Both the position numbers and the translations under genes were made by a program. Of a stretch of 64,000 nt of DNA, positions 18,441-29,600 are shown piece by piece. The stretch is from Abditibacteriaceae bacterium. GTDB taxonomy: Bacteria > Armatimonadota > Abditibacteriia > Abditibacteriales > Abditibacteriaceae. The DNA is taken from assembly GCA_031425655.1 (NCBI GenBank), contig JANPJS010000312.1:1-64000 (forward strand), read 5' to 3'. The notes beneath the pieces are model-generated. The model saw only the letters and a program-made list of their open reading frames with translations. It was not told the origin of the DNA and did no database searches. Position 1 is the first letter of the stretch; the number at the start of each line of letters is the position of its first letter.

Positions 18441-19376
18441 TCAATCCATTGTCAGCACGATTTTGCCGCGTGTGTGCCGCGTCTCGCTGTGCGCCAGAGC
18501 TTCGCGCGCCTGCGCTAAGGGAAAAGTCTCGCTGAGGGGAACGCGCACTGTTCCGCTGTCCACAAGCGCGCCGATTTCCTGCAATTGTCCGGCGTCGGGG
18601 CGGGCCATGAAAACCGCTGTGCGAACTTTGTGCGCTTCGGCTTTGGCGGCGTCGGGCGCGCTGACAATCGAAACTAAAATGCCGCCGGGTTTCAAAACCG
18701 CGAACGAGCGATCTTGCGTTTCGCCGCCGGCGCAGTCGAGAACCATGTCGAAGTCGTCACATTCGTCCTCGAAACGCTGCGTGGTGTAGTCAATCACGGC
18801 GTTCGCGCCCAATTCGCGCACGTAATCAGCGTTGCGCGCCGACGCGGTGCCCCAAATTTGCGCGTCTTTCCAACGCGCGAATTGCACTGCGAACGAGCCG
18901 ACGCCGCCCGCCGCTGCGTGAATCAGAATCTTCTGGCCCGACTGCAAATCGCCGTGTTCGAATAATCCCTGCGACGCGGTCAGCGCCACGACGGGCATGG
19001 CCGCCGCTTGCACGAAATCGAGAGTTTGCGGCTTGGGCGCCACCAATTCCTGCGGCAGCACGATGAATTCGGCGAAAGCGCCGCCCGCAACGCCGGGCAT
19101 CGCGTAAACCGCTTCGCCGACTTGATGTTTCGTCGCGCCGGGGCCGATTTCTTCGATGGTTCCGGCCACATCGCAGCCTAAAATCAGCGGCAGTTGGTGA
19201 TTCGCCATCTCTTGTAGCCAGCCCTTGCGGATTTTCCAATCCACCGGGTTTACGCCTGCTGCGCGCACCCGCACCAGCACTTCGCCGGCCTGCGCTTGCG
19301 GACGCGGCACGTCTTCGTAGTGCGTCACGTCCGGCCCGCCGTATTCGTGGATTCGCACCGCTTTCATGGTTGTCAT
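18441..19376 (-). CDS. NADP-dependent MDR oxidoreductase (quinone reductase-like)
   Basis: [35 protein letters not shown]. Confidence 0.92.
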   Translation of the reverse strand: MTTMKAVRIHEYGGPDVTHYEDVPRPQAQAGEVLVRVRAAGVNPVDWKIRKGWLQEMANHQLPLILGCDVAGTIEEIGPGATKHQVGEAVYAMPGVAGGAFAEFIVLPQELVAPKPQTLDFVQAAAMPVVALTASQGLFEHGDLQSGQKILIHAAAGGVGSFAVQFARWKDAQIWGTASARNADYVRELGANAVIDYTTQRFEDECDDFDMVLDCAGGETQDRSFAVLKPGGILVSIVSAPDAAKAEAHKVRTAVFMARPDAGQLQEIGALVDSGTVRVPLSETFPLAQAREALAHSETRHTRGKIVLTMD

Positions 19377-19500
19377 GTGAATTCTCTCTCAATTTTCCGG
19401 CGCCTTTGGCTGCGCGCCGATGAGAATGCAGTTTAAGCGGTCTCCACTTTGGGTTGCTGCGCTTGCTAAAATTGGATTCTGAAAGACAAAAAAGGAAAAC

Positions 19501-20463
19501 ATGAAAGCAATTCGTGTCGAGCAGTTTGGTGGGCCGGAAGTTTTGCAATTGGCGGAGGTGCCGGAACCGCAGGCCGGGCCGGGCCAGGTTGTGGTGGCGC
19601 TTCGTGCCGTCGGCGTCAATCCCGTGGATACCTACATTCGTTCCGGCAATTATGGTTTGATGATGCAGCCGCCTTACACGCCGGGCAACGACGCGGCGGG
19701 CGAAATCAGCGCGGTCGGCGAAGGCGTCACGAATTGGAAAGTGGGCGAGCGTGTTTATATCTGGTGCGGGACGGGCGGCGCTTACGCCGAAAAAATGCTG
19801 TGCGAGCAAAATCAAGTCTTCGCGCTGCCGCACAACGCTTCTTTTGAGCAGGGCGCGGCTTTGGGAGTGCCTTACGCCACGGCGCATCGCGCGCTTTTCG
19901 GGCGCGGCGGCGCGCGCGCGGGTGAAACGGTTTTAATTCATGGCGCCAGCGGTGGCGTTGGCAACGCCGCGATTCAACTGGCGCGGGCCTTTGGCCTGAC
20001 TGTCATCGGCACCGCCGGCACCGAGGAAGGCCGCCGTCTGGTGGCGGAACTGGGCGCTCATCACGTTCTCGATCACAGCGCCGAAGATTATTTGCAGGCC
20101 GTGCCGGATTTAACAAGTGGACGCGGCGCCGATTTAATCCTCGAAATGTTGGCGAATGTGAATTTGGGCCGCGATTTGGAAATACTGGCACAGAATGGCC
20201 GCGTGGTTATAGTCGGCAGTCGCGGCGAAGTGATGATTAATCCGCGCGAAACCATGAAGCGCGATGCGGATATTCGCGGCATGACGCTGTTCAACGTGCC
20301 GCCGCATGAGTTGCCCGGAATCCACGCCGCATTGCGCGCAGGGTTGGAAAACGGCACTTTAAATCCGCGCATCGGACGCCGCTTCGCATTGGCCGAGGCC
20401 GCGTTGGCTCATCAGGAAATCTTGGCACCCGGCGCATGGGGTAAAATCATTCTAACGCCGTAA
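19501..20463 (+). CDS. qor: NADPH:quinone reductase (zeta-crystallin family)
   Basis: GVNPVDTYIRSG, YTPGNDAAG, LIHGASGGVG, EMLANVNL. Confidence 0.9.
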   Translation: MKAIRVEQFGGPEVLQLAEVPEPQAGPGQVVVALRAVGVNPVDTYIRSGNYGLMMQPPYTPGNDAAGEISAVGEGVTNWKVGERVYIWCGTGGAYAEKMLCEQNQVFALPHNASFEQGAALGVPYATAHRALFGRGGARAGETVLIHGASGGVGNAAIQLARAFGLTVIGTAGTEEGRRLVAELGAHHVLDHSAEDYLQAVPDLTSGRGADLILEMLANVNLGRDLEILAQNGRVVIVGSRGEVMINPRETMKRDADIRGMTLFNVPPHELPGIHAALRAGLENGTLNPRIGRRFALAEAALAHQEILAPGAWGKIILTP

Positions 20464-20465
20464 CC

Positions 20466-20828
20466 CCCCTTACGCGGTCTCGCCGCTTTAAACGGGAAGA
20501 CGGAAAGAACGGGAAGTCTTTTAGAGATAGTCTGAAAAGTCCCCTCCCCTTGCCGTTTAAGGGGAGGGTTAGGGTGGGGTTCTGGAAAAGCCGAACCCCA
20601 TCCCCGACCCTTCCCCTTGATACGGCAAAGGGGAAGGGAGTCTCCGCCACTTTTCAGACTATCTCTTAGGGTTGACAACGCAAAAAGCGGCTTGAACACT
20701 GTCCTGATAGCGCACCGCACGTAAGCAAGCCCCAAAATTGCTTCCCGTCCGCCCAAAGCACTCAAATCTCTTCCCGCCTTCCCGTTCTTTCCGTCTTCCC
20801 GTTTAAAGCGGCGAGACCGCGTAAGGGG
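20466..20828. mobile_element. Outer MITE-like element with perfect 51 bp inverted repeats
   Basis: 20466-20516 is the exact reverse complement of 20778-20828. Confidence 0.85.
20524..20665. mobile_element. Inner MITE with 17 bp TIRs and TTA target duplication (IS5/IS1031-like ends)
   Basis: tta-GAGATAGTCTGAAAAGT ... ACTTTTCAGACTATCTC-tta. Confidence 0.8.
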
Positions 20829-20881
20829 AGGCCGTAAATTGCTTTGATAATTATTCGGTTTGTTCCTATTTTGCGAAAATC

Positions 20882-22675
20882 ATGGCTGAAACCTCTGCGC
20901 CGGACACGATTTGGGAGCATCAACCTGCTTTTCTCGCGGCGGTTCTCGACACGGTTGCCAATTTAGTGGTCGTTCTCGATTCACAGGGACGCATCGTGCG
21001 CTTCAACCGCGCTTGTGAGCAAAGCACGGGTTACGCGGCTTCCGAGGTTGTCGGGCGCCCGTTTTGGGATATTTTCCTGGCCGATGAAGAGCGCGATGCG
21101 GTTAAGCGCGAATTTGCCGGAATATGCGCGGGTAGCGACTGCGCGATTGCTCCATTTGAAAACTACTGGGTCGCTAAAGACGGCACGCGGCGCCACATTC
21201 AATGGATTAATTCGCCGCTGCGCGAAGGCGACAAACTCTGGATCATCTCAGCAGGCACGGATATTACGGAGCAGATTCAAGCGCAGGCCGAATTGCAGGC
21301 CAGCGAAGAGCAATTTCGCGCATTCATGGATAACTCGCCGTTGCTGGCCTACATCCGCGACGAAGCAGGCCGGTTCGTTTACGTCAATCGAGGTTTTGAG
21401 CGTGCATCGAAGATTTCGCGCGCTGATTTTATCGGCAAAACCAATTATGATATTCTTCCGCCTGATGAGGCGCGCGAGGCGTGCGAGCATGATCTTCGAG
21501 TGCTGGAATCGAATCAAGCCGACGAAGTGACCAAAACGACCCACAGTGCCGGCGGCGCAGTTCATCATTGGCTGGTCAACAAATTTCCTTTGCACGATGC
21601 AGCGGGCGCGCGTTTCGTCGGCGGCGTGGCGATGGACATCTCGGAGCGCAAGCGCGCCGAGGAAAAGCTGCGCGACAGCGAAGAGCGTTATTCGCTGGCC
21701 ATGCGCGGCGCCAACGATGGATTGTGGGACTGGAACCTCGTCAGCGACGAAATTTACTTTTCTCCGCGTTGGAAAGCGATGCTTTCTTACGAAGAAAACG
21801 AAGTCGGAAGCCATGCCGACGCTTGGTTTTCGCGCATTCATCCGGCGGACATCGAACAAGTTCGCGCCGATCTTCAACTCCATTTCGAGGGCGCAACCGA
21901 TTATTTTGAAAACGAACATCGCTTGCTGCAAAAAGACGAGACTTATCGCTGGATGCTGGCGCGCGGATTGGCCATTCGTAGCGACGACAGCAAGCCGCTA
22001 CGCATGGCCGGCTCGATGACCGACATGACCGAGCGCAAAGTCGCCGAGCAGCAGCTTTTGCACGATGTTCTGCACGATCATCTGACCGGATTGCCCAATC
22101 GCGCGCTGTTTCTTGACCGCGTCGAGCAAATGCTGATGCGTTCGCGGCGCCGCGAGAGCTATTGTTTTGCCGTTTTGTTTCTCGATCTGGATAACTTCAA
22201 GGGCATCAACGATACACTGGGCCACGAAATCGGCGACCAACTTTTGAAAGCGGTGGCCGGACGTTTGAAAGGCTGCCTGCGACGTAACGATACTGTGGCT
22301 CGCGCAGACGCACCGCCCGCTACGGCGAGCGGCGAGCGGCGCAGCCTGATTCCCGGCGCGCGTCCAACGCTTCTGGAGTCAGGTTCTTTAGATATGGTGG
22401 CGCGTCTGGGCGGCGACGAATTCACGATTCTGCTCGAAGATGTGGCCGATCAAGAGTCCGCAATGTTGGTGGCCGACCGCTTTCGACAAGAATTGGAAGT
22501 GCCTTTTGTTCTCAGTGGCATGGCTGTGCAGACCACACTGAGCATTGGAATCGCGTTGTCGGAACCGGAACACGAATCGCCCCACGATTTGCTGCGCCAA
22601 GCCGACTCCGCGATGTATGAGGCCAAGGCGCGCGGCAAATCGCAAGCGCGCCTTTTTGTTAAAAGCGTCGAATAA
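20882..22675 (+). CDS. PAS-PAS-PAS-GGDEF diguanylate cyclase
   Basis: Three PAS/PAC domains; D.LTGLPNR, LDLDNFKGIND..GH..GD, ARLGGDEF, AMYEAK; no EAL domain. Confidence 0.93.
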   Translation: MAETSAPDTIWEHQPAFLAAVLDTVANLVVVLDSQGRIVRFNRACEQSTGYAASEVVGRPFWDIFLADEERDAVKREFAGICAGSDCAIAPFENYWVAKDGTRRHIQWINSPLREGDKLWIISAGTDITEQIQAQAELQASEEQFRAFMDNSPLLAYIRDEAGRFVYVNRGFERASKISRADFIGKTNYDILPPDEAREACEHDLRVLESNQADEVTKTTHSAGGAVHHWLVNKFPLHDAAGARFVGGVAMDISERKRAEEKLRDSEERYSLAMRGANDGLWDWNLVSDEIYFSPRWKAMLSYEENEVGSHADAWFSRIHPADIEQVRADLQLHFEGATDYFENEHRLLQKDETYRWMLARGLAIRSDDSKPLRMAGSMTDMTERKVAEQQLLHDVLHDHLTGLPNRALFLDRVEQMLMRSRRRESYCFAVLFLDLDNFKGINDTLGHEIGDQLLKAVAGRLKGCLRRNDTVARADAPPATASGERRSLIPGARPTLLESGSLDMVARLGGDEFTILLEDVADQESAMLVADRFRQELEVPFVLSGMAVQTTLSIGIALSEPEHESPHDLLRQADSAMYEAKARGKSQARLFVKSVE

Positions 22676-22730
22676 GCGGATTTCTCCCCGTTCGGATTAA
22701 TTCTTAATTCACCTTACGCAAAGGAAACTT

Positions 22731-23888
22731 ATGGCTGACGAAGCAGTTTTGCAATTTGCCAAAATCCTCATCGTAGACGACGAAGAAGCCAACGTGCGAC
22801 TTTTAGAGCGCACTTTGCAACGCTGGGGCTATACCAATTTAGTGACGACCAGCGATCCGCACGAAGTTTTACCGCTGTTTCTTCAGCACAAGCCCGATTT
22901 AGTGCTTCTCGATTTGATGATGCCCGGAATAGACGGTTTTCAAGTGATGGAAACGCTGAAAGCCAACAAGCAAGGCGAGCTTTTTTTGCCGATTTTGGTG
23001 CTGACCGCCGATTCCAATCCGCAGGTCAAGCGCCGCGCATTGTCGGCGGGCGCCAAAGACTTTCTGACTAAGCCCTTCGATCACAACGAGTTGCTGTTGC
23101 GTATCATGAATATGCTCGAAACGCGCTTTTTGCAAATCGAGTTGGCCAATCAAAATCAGATGCTCGAAAAAAAGGTCGTCGAGCGCACGGGAGAATTGGC
23201 CGCAGCGCAAATGGAAATTTTGGAGCGACTGGCGCGTGCCTCGGAATACCGCGATGACGATACCGGCCAGCACACGCAGCGTGTCGGTTTGGTTTCGGCT
23301 TTGATAGCCGGCGCTCTGAATTTGCCGTCGGCGCGCGTGGAAATCATTCGTCGCGCCGCGCCGTTGCACGATGTCGGCAAAATCGGCGTTCCCGACAACA
23401 TTCTGCTCAAACCCGGACGCCTGACGCCCGAAGAATTTGAGATCATCAAGCCGCACACCACCATCGGGGCCGCGCTGCTATCGGGCGGGCGCTCGGAAAT
23501 GGTTTTGGTCGCCGAAAGCATCGCCTTGACGCACCACGAACGCTGGGAAGGCTCCGGTTATCCTGCCTGTTTAAAAGGCGAGGAAATCCCAATCGAAGGC
23601 CGCATCGTCAGTGTCGCCGACGTTTTCGATGCTCTGTCGCATGACCGGCCTTACAAAAAAGCGTGGCCTTTGGAAGAAGCGGTCGCGGAAATCGAGCGCA
23701 ACGCCGGGCGCCAATTCGACCCCGAAGTTGTGGCGGCGTTTCTTGGCTTGTGGAAACAGGGCGTGCTGGTTCAAGTGGAGCATACGTTTTTGCATCGCCT
23801 GGGCAACAAGATGATTTCGTATGAGGTGCAGGTCGAAGCCGCCGAAGCTGCCGAAGCTGCCGAAGCCATGTCGCACGCGCAAGACTGA
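22731..23888 (+). CDS. Receiver + HD-GYP c-di-GMP phosphodiesterase (RpfG-like)
   Basis: IVDD, LLDLMMP receiver; [23 protein letters not shown]. Confidence 0.93.
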   Translation: MADEAVLQFAKILIVDDEEANVRLLERTLQRWGYTNLVTTSDPHEVLPLFLQHKPDLVLLDLMMPGIDGFQVMETLKANKQGELFLPILVLTADSNPQVKRRALSAGAKDFLTKPFDHNELLLRIMNMLETRFLQIELANQNQMLEKKVVERTGELAAAQMEILERLARASEYRDDDTGQHTQRVGLVSALIAGALNLPSARVEIIRRAAPLHDVGKIGVPDNILLKPGRLTPEEFEIIKPHTTIGAALLSGGRSEMVLVAESIALTHHERWEGSGYPACLKGEEIPIEGRIVSVADVFDALSHDRPYKKAWPLEEAVAEIERNAGRQFDPEVVAAFLGLWKQGVLVQVEHTFLHRLGNKMISYEVQVEAAEAAEAAEAMSHAQD

Positions 23889-23940
23889 GGAGTCTGCAGC
23901 TTTCACCTTTTCTTAACATGAGCGGCCTACACTGTGGTTG

Positions 23941-24651
23941 ATGGAGCAAAAGATACTTATCGTGGACGACGAGCGCGTGCTCGTGGAAGCTATCGCCTAT
24001 AATCTGCAAAAGGCGGGCTTTGAAACCTTGACGGCGTTCGATGGCGAAAGCGCACTGGCTCAGGCCAAGAGTCACGCTCCGCACCTGATCGTTCTCGATT
24101 TGATGCTGCCCAAGATTTCAGGCTGGGAAGTTTGTCGCGTCTTGCGACACGACCCCGGATACCGCCTCAATGCGCCAATTCTGATGCTTACGGCACGCGG
24201 CGAGGAAGCCGATAAAATCGTCGGACTCGAAATGGGTGCCGACGATTACATGGTCAAGCCCTTCGGAATGCGCGAATTGGTCGCGCGCGTGCGCGCTTTG
24301 CTGCGTCGCTCGGCCAGCGAGAATCCGCCTGACCAAAGTTTGCTGCAAGTCGCCAACGTCACTTTAGATATTGCGCGCCACGAAGTTAAAGTCATCAAGG
24401 ACGCTTCGGGGCCGGTCGAAATTAAATTATCGCTCAAAGAATTCGAGTTGCTGCGCGCCCTGCTGTCCAACGCCGGCAAAGCCGTCCCGCGCGAAACCCT
24501 GCTCGAACGCGTTTGGGGCGACGATTTTTATGGCGACGAGCGCACTTTGGATGTGCATATTCGTTGGCTGCGCGAAAAGCTCGAACTCAATCCCTCGCAG
24601 CCGCAACACATTCTCACGGTGCGCGGCGTCGGCTATAAATTCAAAGAATAA
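23941..24651 (+). CDS. OmpR/PhoB-family response regulator (no adjacent kinase)
   Basis: LDLMLP, GADDYMVKPF, RTLDVHIRWLREK, TVRGVGY. Confidence 0.95.
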   Translation: MEQKILIVDDERVLVEAIAYNLQKAGFETLTAFDGESALAQAKSHAPHLIVLDLMLPKISGWEVCRVLRHDPGYRLNAPILMLTARGEEADKIVGLEMGADDYMVKPFGMRELVARVRALLRRSASENPPDQSLLQVANVTLDIARHEVKVIKDASGPVEIKLSLKEFELLRALLSNAGKAVPRETLLERVWGDDFYGDERTLDVHIRWLREKLELNPSQPQHILTVRGVGYKFKE

Positions 24652-24667
24652 ATGGGTTGTAAACCAG

Positions 24668-24702
24668 AAACGCCCTCTCCGAATTTCGGAGAGGGCGTTT
24701 TT
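24668..24702 (+). terminator. Intrinsic terminator
   Basis: aaacgccctctccgaa-t-ttcggagagggcgttttt. Confidence 0.8.
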
Positions 24703-24755
24703 GTGTTCGCAGCCAGCGCACGCGGCACGAAACTGGGGCATAATCCAGCTTGATA

Positions 24756-25352
24756 ATGCCTACTCAATCGAAGCCTCGCGCTCGCAAAATTCTGCGAACC
24801 TTTGTGTCACTCGCCGCGCTGACTTTGGCGGCACTCATGATTTTTCTCGACCGCTGGGGCCAACCTGACCGCGCGCAAAAAGCGGACGCGATTATCGTTT
24901 TAGGCGCTTTTGTTGATAAAAAAGGCCGCGCCAGCGCCTCCCTGCGAGGCCGTGCGCTGCACGCTGCCGCATTGTATCGGCGCGGTTTGGCGCCAAAGAT
25001 TATCACGACCGGGGGCGTCGGCGCTAATTGGCCGGCTGAAGCGCGCGCATCGGCTTCGGTGGCCCGGCAAAACGGCGTGCCGGCGAGTGGTGTGTTGAGC
25101 GAAGAAACTTCGACTTCAACGTGGGAAAACGCCGCCAATGCCGCCGAAATTTGTCGCGCGCACGGTTGGAAAAGTGTAATTGTGGTCAGCGAGCCGTTTC
25201 ATTTGTGGCGGGCGACGCGAAATTTTGAAAAATGCGGCCTGCGAGCTTTCGCGTCGCCATCGCCAAACCGCCCGTGGCGCTTGCGTTTGCAGATGACGCT
25301 GCGCGAAGTGCCGGCGGTGCTACGCGATATTCTCGTGCGCCGCGTGTGGTAG
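24756..25352 (+). CDS. YdcF/DUF218 family protein
   Basis: N-terminal TM helix, ADAIIVLGA, TTGG, E..S.STWENA, SEPFHLWRA. Confidence 0.9.
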   Translation: MPTQSKPRARKILRTFVSLAALTLAALMIFLDRWGQPDRAQKADAIIVLGAFVDKKGRASASLRGRALHAAALYRRGLAPKIITTGGVGANWPAEARASASVARQNGVPASGVLSEETSTSTWENAANAAEICRAHGWKSVIVVSEPFHLWRATRNFEKCGLRAFASPSPNRPWRLRLQMTLREVPAVLRDILVRRVW

Positions 25353-25357
25353 CTGAT

Positions 25358-25462
25358 CCCCGATTGAAATCGGGGCCTATTCTTACGAAACCCGCCTGCG
25401 CGGGTTATTTCGCAGTCCGCGTAGGCGGACTTTGTTGGGGTAGACCGCGATTTCAATCGGGG
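25358..25462. repeat. REP-like element (CCCCGATTGAAATCG / AGTCCGCGTAGGCGGACT family)
   Basis: Terminal ccccgattgaaatcg...cgatttcaatcgggg with internal hairpins; related copy at 43080-43270. Confidence 0.8.
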
Positions 25463-25531
25463 TCGGCTTGCGCCGTCCTCGCCGCTCCCGCAAACTTGGC
25501 TGGCCGCTTTACTTTCATTTCAGGAGGCATT

Positions 25532-26503
25532 ATGCCCGTTGTTGATATGTCGTTGGAACGCTTGCGTGAATATCAGGGACGCAACCCCAAACCGCACGAT
25601 TTTGACTTATTTTGGGATGACGCATTGGCGGAAATGCGCGCTCTCGACCCGCAAATCGAACTGGTGCCGCATCAAATTAACGCGCCTTTCGCCGAGTGTT
25701 TCGATTTATATTTCACGGGCACCGGCGGTGCGCGCGTTCACGCCAAATATCTGCGTCCGACGGCGGGCGCCGCGCCGCATCCGGCGGTTTTGCAGTTTCA
25801 CGGCTATTCGGGCAGCAGCGGCGACTGGCACGACAAATTGAGTTGGATCGGGCGCGGCTACAGCGTGGCGGCATTGGATTGTCGCGGGCAGGGCGGGGCG
25901 TCCAACGATGCCGGCGGCGTGTCGGGCAACACTTTGCGCGGCCATATTATTCGCGGTTTGGCCGATGCGCTGAACGGCGAGCCGCGCAAATTGTATTACC
26001 GTGACGTGTTTCTCGACACCGCTTTGCTGGCGCGCATCGTGATGGATTTCGAGGAAGTGGATGCGCTTCGTGTCGGCGCGATGGGCGGCTCGCAGGGCGG
26101 CGGCCTGACTTTGGCCTGCGCGGCGTTAGAGCCAAAAATCAAGCTCGCGGCGCCGACGTTTCCATTTTTATGCGATTATCAGCGCGTCTGGGAAATGGAT
26201 TTGGACGTGGCGGCTTATGAGGAACTGCGCCAGTGGTTTCGCCACTTTGATCCGCGCCACGAGCGCGAAGCGGACGTGTTCACTGCGCTGGGCTACATTG
26301 ATAACCAACATCTCGCTGCGCGGATTCGCGCGAGGGTTCTGATGCCACTCGGTTTGATAGACACGGTTTGCCCACCCAGCACGCAGTTCGCGGCTTTCAA
26401 TAAAATCACTGCGCCCAAAGATGTGCTGATTTACCCCGATTTCGGCCACGAAGGTTTGCCCGGCGCGGGCGATATTATTTGGGATTTCATGGGGAATTTG
26501 TAA
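25532..26503 (+). CDS. Acetylxylan esterase / cephalosporin-C deacetylase (CE7)
   Basis: AGGAGG RBS; FHGY, DCRGQGG, GGSQGG, D.VCPPSTQFA, GHE. Confidence 0.93.
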   Translation: MPVVDMSLERLREYQGRNPKPHDFDLFWDDALAEMRALDPQIELVPHQINAPFAECFDLYFTGTGGARVHAKYLRPTAGAAPHPAVLQFHGYSGSSGDWHDKLSWIGRGYSVAALDCRGQGGASNDAGGVSGNTLRGHIIRGLADALNGEPRKLYYRDVFLDTALLARIVMDFEEVDALRVGAMGGSQGGGLTLACAALEPKIKLAAPTFPFLCDYQRVWEMDLDVAAYEELRQWFRHFDPRHEREADVFTALGYIDNQHLAARIRARVLMPLGLIDTVCPPSTQFAAFNKITAPKDVLIYPDFGHEGLPGAGDIIWDFMGNL

Positions 26504-26513
26504 ATGCATACGC

Positions 26514-26557
26514 AAACAGCAACGCCCGCTTCCATGAAGAAGCGGGCGTTGCTGTTT
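26514..26557. terminator. Terminator between convergent genes
   Basis: aaacagcaacgcccgcttc-loop-gaagcgggcgttgctgttt. Confidence 0.8.
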
Positions 26558-26638
26558 CGGTCGTAATTCCGTCGCAACTTTTGATTTTTGCGTTGCGGTA
26601 GACGGCTACGGCGCCATGAAAACCGCTTAATCCCTTTC

Positions 26639-29600
26639 CTATTGCGCCGCTATGGTGAGCGTTCCGGCGACGATGGCGCGACCTTGCGTGTCGAGCAATT
26701 GGGGCCTTGTAATGGTCACGGTATCGCCTTTTTGCAGCGCGCCTTGATGCAAAACCAGTAAAAGGCTCTGGAAATCAAGGTCGTAACTCATGCCTTCAAT
26801 GGGAACGGCTTTGCCGTTAACCGTGACGATAAAGCGATTCTTATCCGAAAGCGCGTCTTCGCTGGGACGTCCGGTGAAGCTCAGTTGCACAGCGTCTTCT
26901 TCGGCTAAAGCCCAGGCGCGCGATACCGTAATGCTCGAAGCCGCGATGCGGGACGCCGCCGGTTTGCTGATAGTAACGCTGATTTGCTTCGCGGCGGTGT
27001 TACCGGCTTTGTCGAAGGCGACGGCTTTCAGATAATACAGACCGTTCGCCAGGTCGGTGCCGGACGGTAGATATTGCGTGCAATTCCAGTTGGTTCCGTT
27101 AATAACGGTGGAAATGCCGGTTTCCTGCGGCACCCAGGTCGTGAAGCTCCATCGCTTGTTGTCGCTGGCGCGGCGAATCACCAAATCCACGCGATCAATG
27201 CCGCTTCCGCCTTCGCTGAAGGTTCCGGCAACGCTCGATAGGCCGCTCAGCGTGGCACCGTTGCCCGGAGTGGAAATGGTAACTGTGGGTGCGGTGCGAT
27301 CTAATGTGAAGTTCGCCGTCCGAGTTTTGGTCAGCGTCGAATTGTCCAACGCCCGTGCGATCAGCGTGTATTTTCCGTCCACTAATTGAGCGCCCAACGG
27401 CACGTTGTCATTCCACTGCCAAGTGCCCGAAGACGCGATGTAAGCGGCCTCCACGTAAACGCGCGTTGCTCCCCACGTTGCGCCGTTCCAGTATTCGGAT
27501 GTCGTGGTGCCGGTCTTGAGACGCGAAAGCGAAACCGTCACCGAAGCGATTCCACTGCCGTTTGTGGCCGATGCAGTGCCGTTCGCGCCGGCAAAACCGG
27601 TTAGCACGGCATTGTTGGCCGGTGACGTGATGGAGATGGTTGGATACGTCAGCGGATAAGTGCGCGCCACGATTTGCAGGCCGTTAATGGGCGCTCGTGG
27701 TGAAGTGTCGCCGCTGGGGCCGGGCGTTGCGCTGAGCGTAAACGCAGCCCCGCCGAGGTTGGCGAACTTCACATAATTTCCGGTGCGATTGCTGCCATTG
27801 ACGTAGCTGCCGTTGAACTGAACGCCCTGAGCATCGGTGTTTTTGTAGCTCAGGCTGCCGATTTTGTAAACACCCGACCGCGTGGCGAAACCGTTATCGT
27901 CGTCGCAATAAACGTAAACGTCGTAGCCGTTTTGCGTAAAAGCCGCAGGCAAGGTGGAAACCGTCACCGTGGTCGTCGTGGTGTTTCCCGTGTTGAGATA
28001 GCCCTTCATCATGCGCGCATCGCCGGCAGTTTCGGTGATAGCCGTGTTCCAAATTCCGTTAGCCGACCATGTGACCGACGCCGTGGAAACCGCGCCGCCG
28101 TTTTGTTTCAGCGCGTTCAAAGTGCCGGCTTGCGTGAGGGCATTATTCCAGTTTGAAACGCGCACGACGCCAGCCAATTCGCCTGCCGCCATCGGCGAGG
28201 GAACGCCCGCTGTTTTTCCTCCGACGAAGTCAATGCTGATCGCCATCGTCGGCGCCGTGGGAGGCGGAGCTGCCGGCTTGGCCGATACTATGTTGGAATC
28301 CGGGCCTTGTCCTGCCGCATTTGAGGCCGACACTTTATAAAAATACGTGGTGCCGTTGGTCAGGCCGGTGTTGGTGTAGGAAGCGGCCGCGACTCTGGCC
28401 GCAATAGTCGTAAAAGTTCCCGTCGCCGAAAGCGAGCGCTTGACGCTGTAAAAGGCCGCGTTCGTCACAGCGTTCCATTTCAGCACGACTTGCGTGTTGC
28501 CGGGCGTGGCCGTCAAATTGACGGGCGCGACGGGTTTCGGCTGCGCGCCAAGCAAGCCGAAAACGTGAATCTCGTTGGAAAATGTGGGCACGTAAACTTT
28601 GCCGTTGGCGACTGATACGAACGAAAATTTGGAATACAATCCCAATGCGTCGCGCCCGGCGTTTTGCTGGCTGTTCCACAATTCTCTGGATAAATCGCTG
28701 GCATCGAAGGCGCGCAGCACGCCGGGCACTGTGCCCTGATTGGCGTCGCCGGAAAAGGGCATCAGCGACCAGATAATGCCGGTGCCGGGTGAACTTCCAT
28801 AAGCCGAAAGCGAAAGAAATCCGCCCGGCATTCCATCTTCGGCTGTAAAAGTGCTTTGGGTAGCCGGTGTGATGTTGAAGCGCCCGTTGACATAGCGAAA
28901 GCCCTTCAAAAAGTCTTCTTCGCTCCAACCGTAAATCATCGGGCCAAGATTAGGGCTTTTCCAATAAACGGGCGAGCCGTGAAAATGGCCGCTGAAAGCT
29001 GGAAACGTCTGCACAATCTGGCTGTCATTGTCCGTCCGGTGCTTGCCCATATTGGCGCGATCTATTAAGTAAAGCCAGCCGGTTTTGCCGGCGCCCACAA
29101 TATAGTTGGTTCCGGGCAAAACCAGCGGCCCGGCGCTGCCTAAATCAAGGTCATAACGCTCCATTTCCTTTTCGTTCCATGGCGTGAAATAATCAAGCAC
29201 ATTAATCGAGGTTTTGTTGGCAGAAGCTGCGAGCTTTACGAAGCTGTCACCGTAATTTTTGCCGCCGCTATTGGCGTCGAACGTTCCGTTGCCGGTCATC
29301 ACATAGATATTGCCGCTGGAATCGGCAGCGGGGCCTTGACCCGAAGCCCACAGCGTTGCGCCCTGACCATCCGGCGCGCCGCACCACGCGAACTTGCGTT
29401 GCAAAGTCGTCGCATCGTAACCCACGATCCATCCGTAAAAAGTGTCGGTCGGCGCTTCACCGGCCACAGCGCCAAAACTGAGATAAATAATGTTGTTCAG
29501 CAGCAATAAGGCGGGCCGCTGCCGCGCCAAATTCTGATTGAGCGTCATGACGCCGCCCACGCTGCCGATTCCGGTGCCGGGCACACTGGCGTTGACTTGC

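Noticed and set aside
18441..20463. Divergent quinone reductase pair as a special system
   Set aside because: Both are common MDR enzymes from different subfamilies; no regulator or shared motif was seen
23835..23867. 9 nt repeat encoding [11 protein letters not shown] in the HD-GYP tail
   Set aside because: In-frame low-complexity tail; cannot cause phase variation
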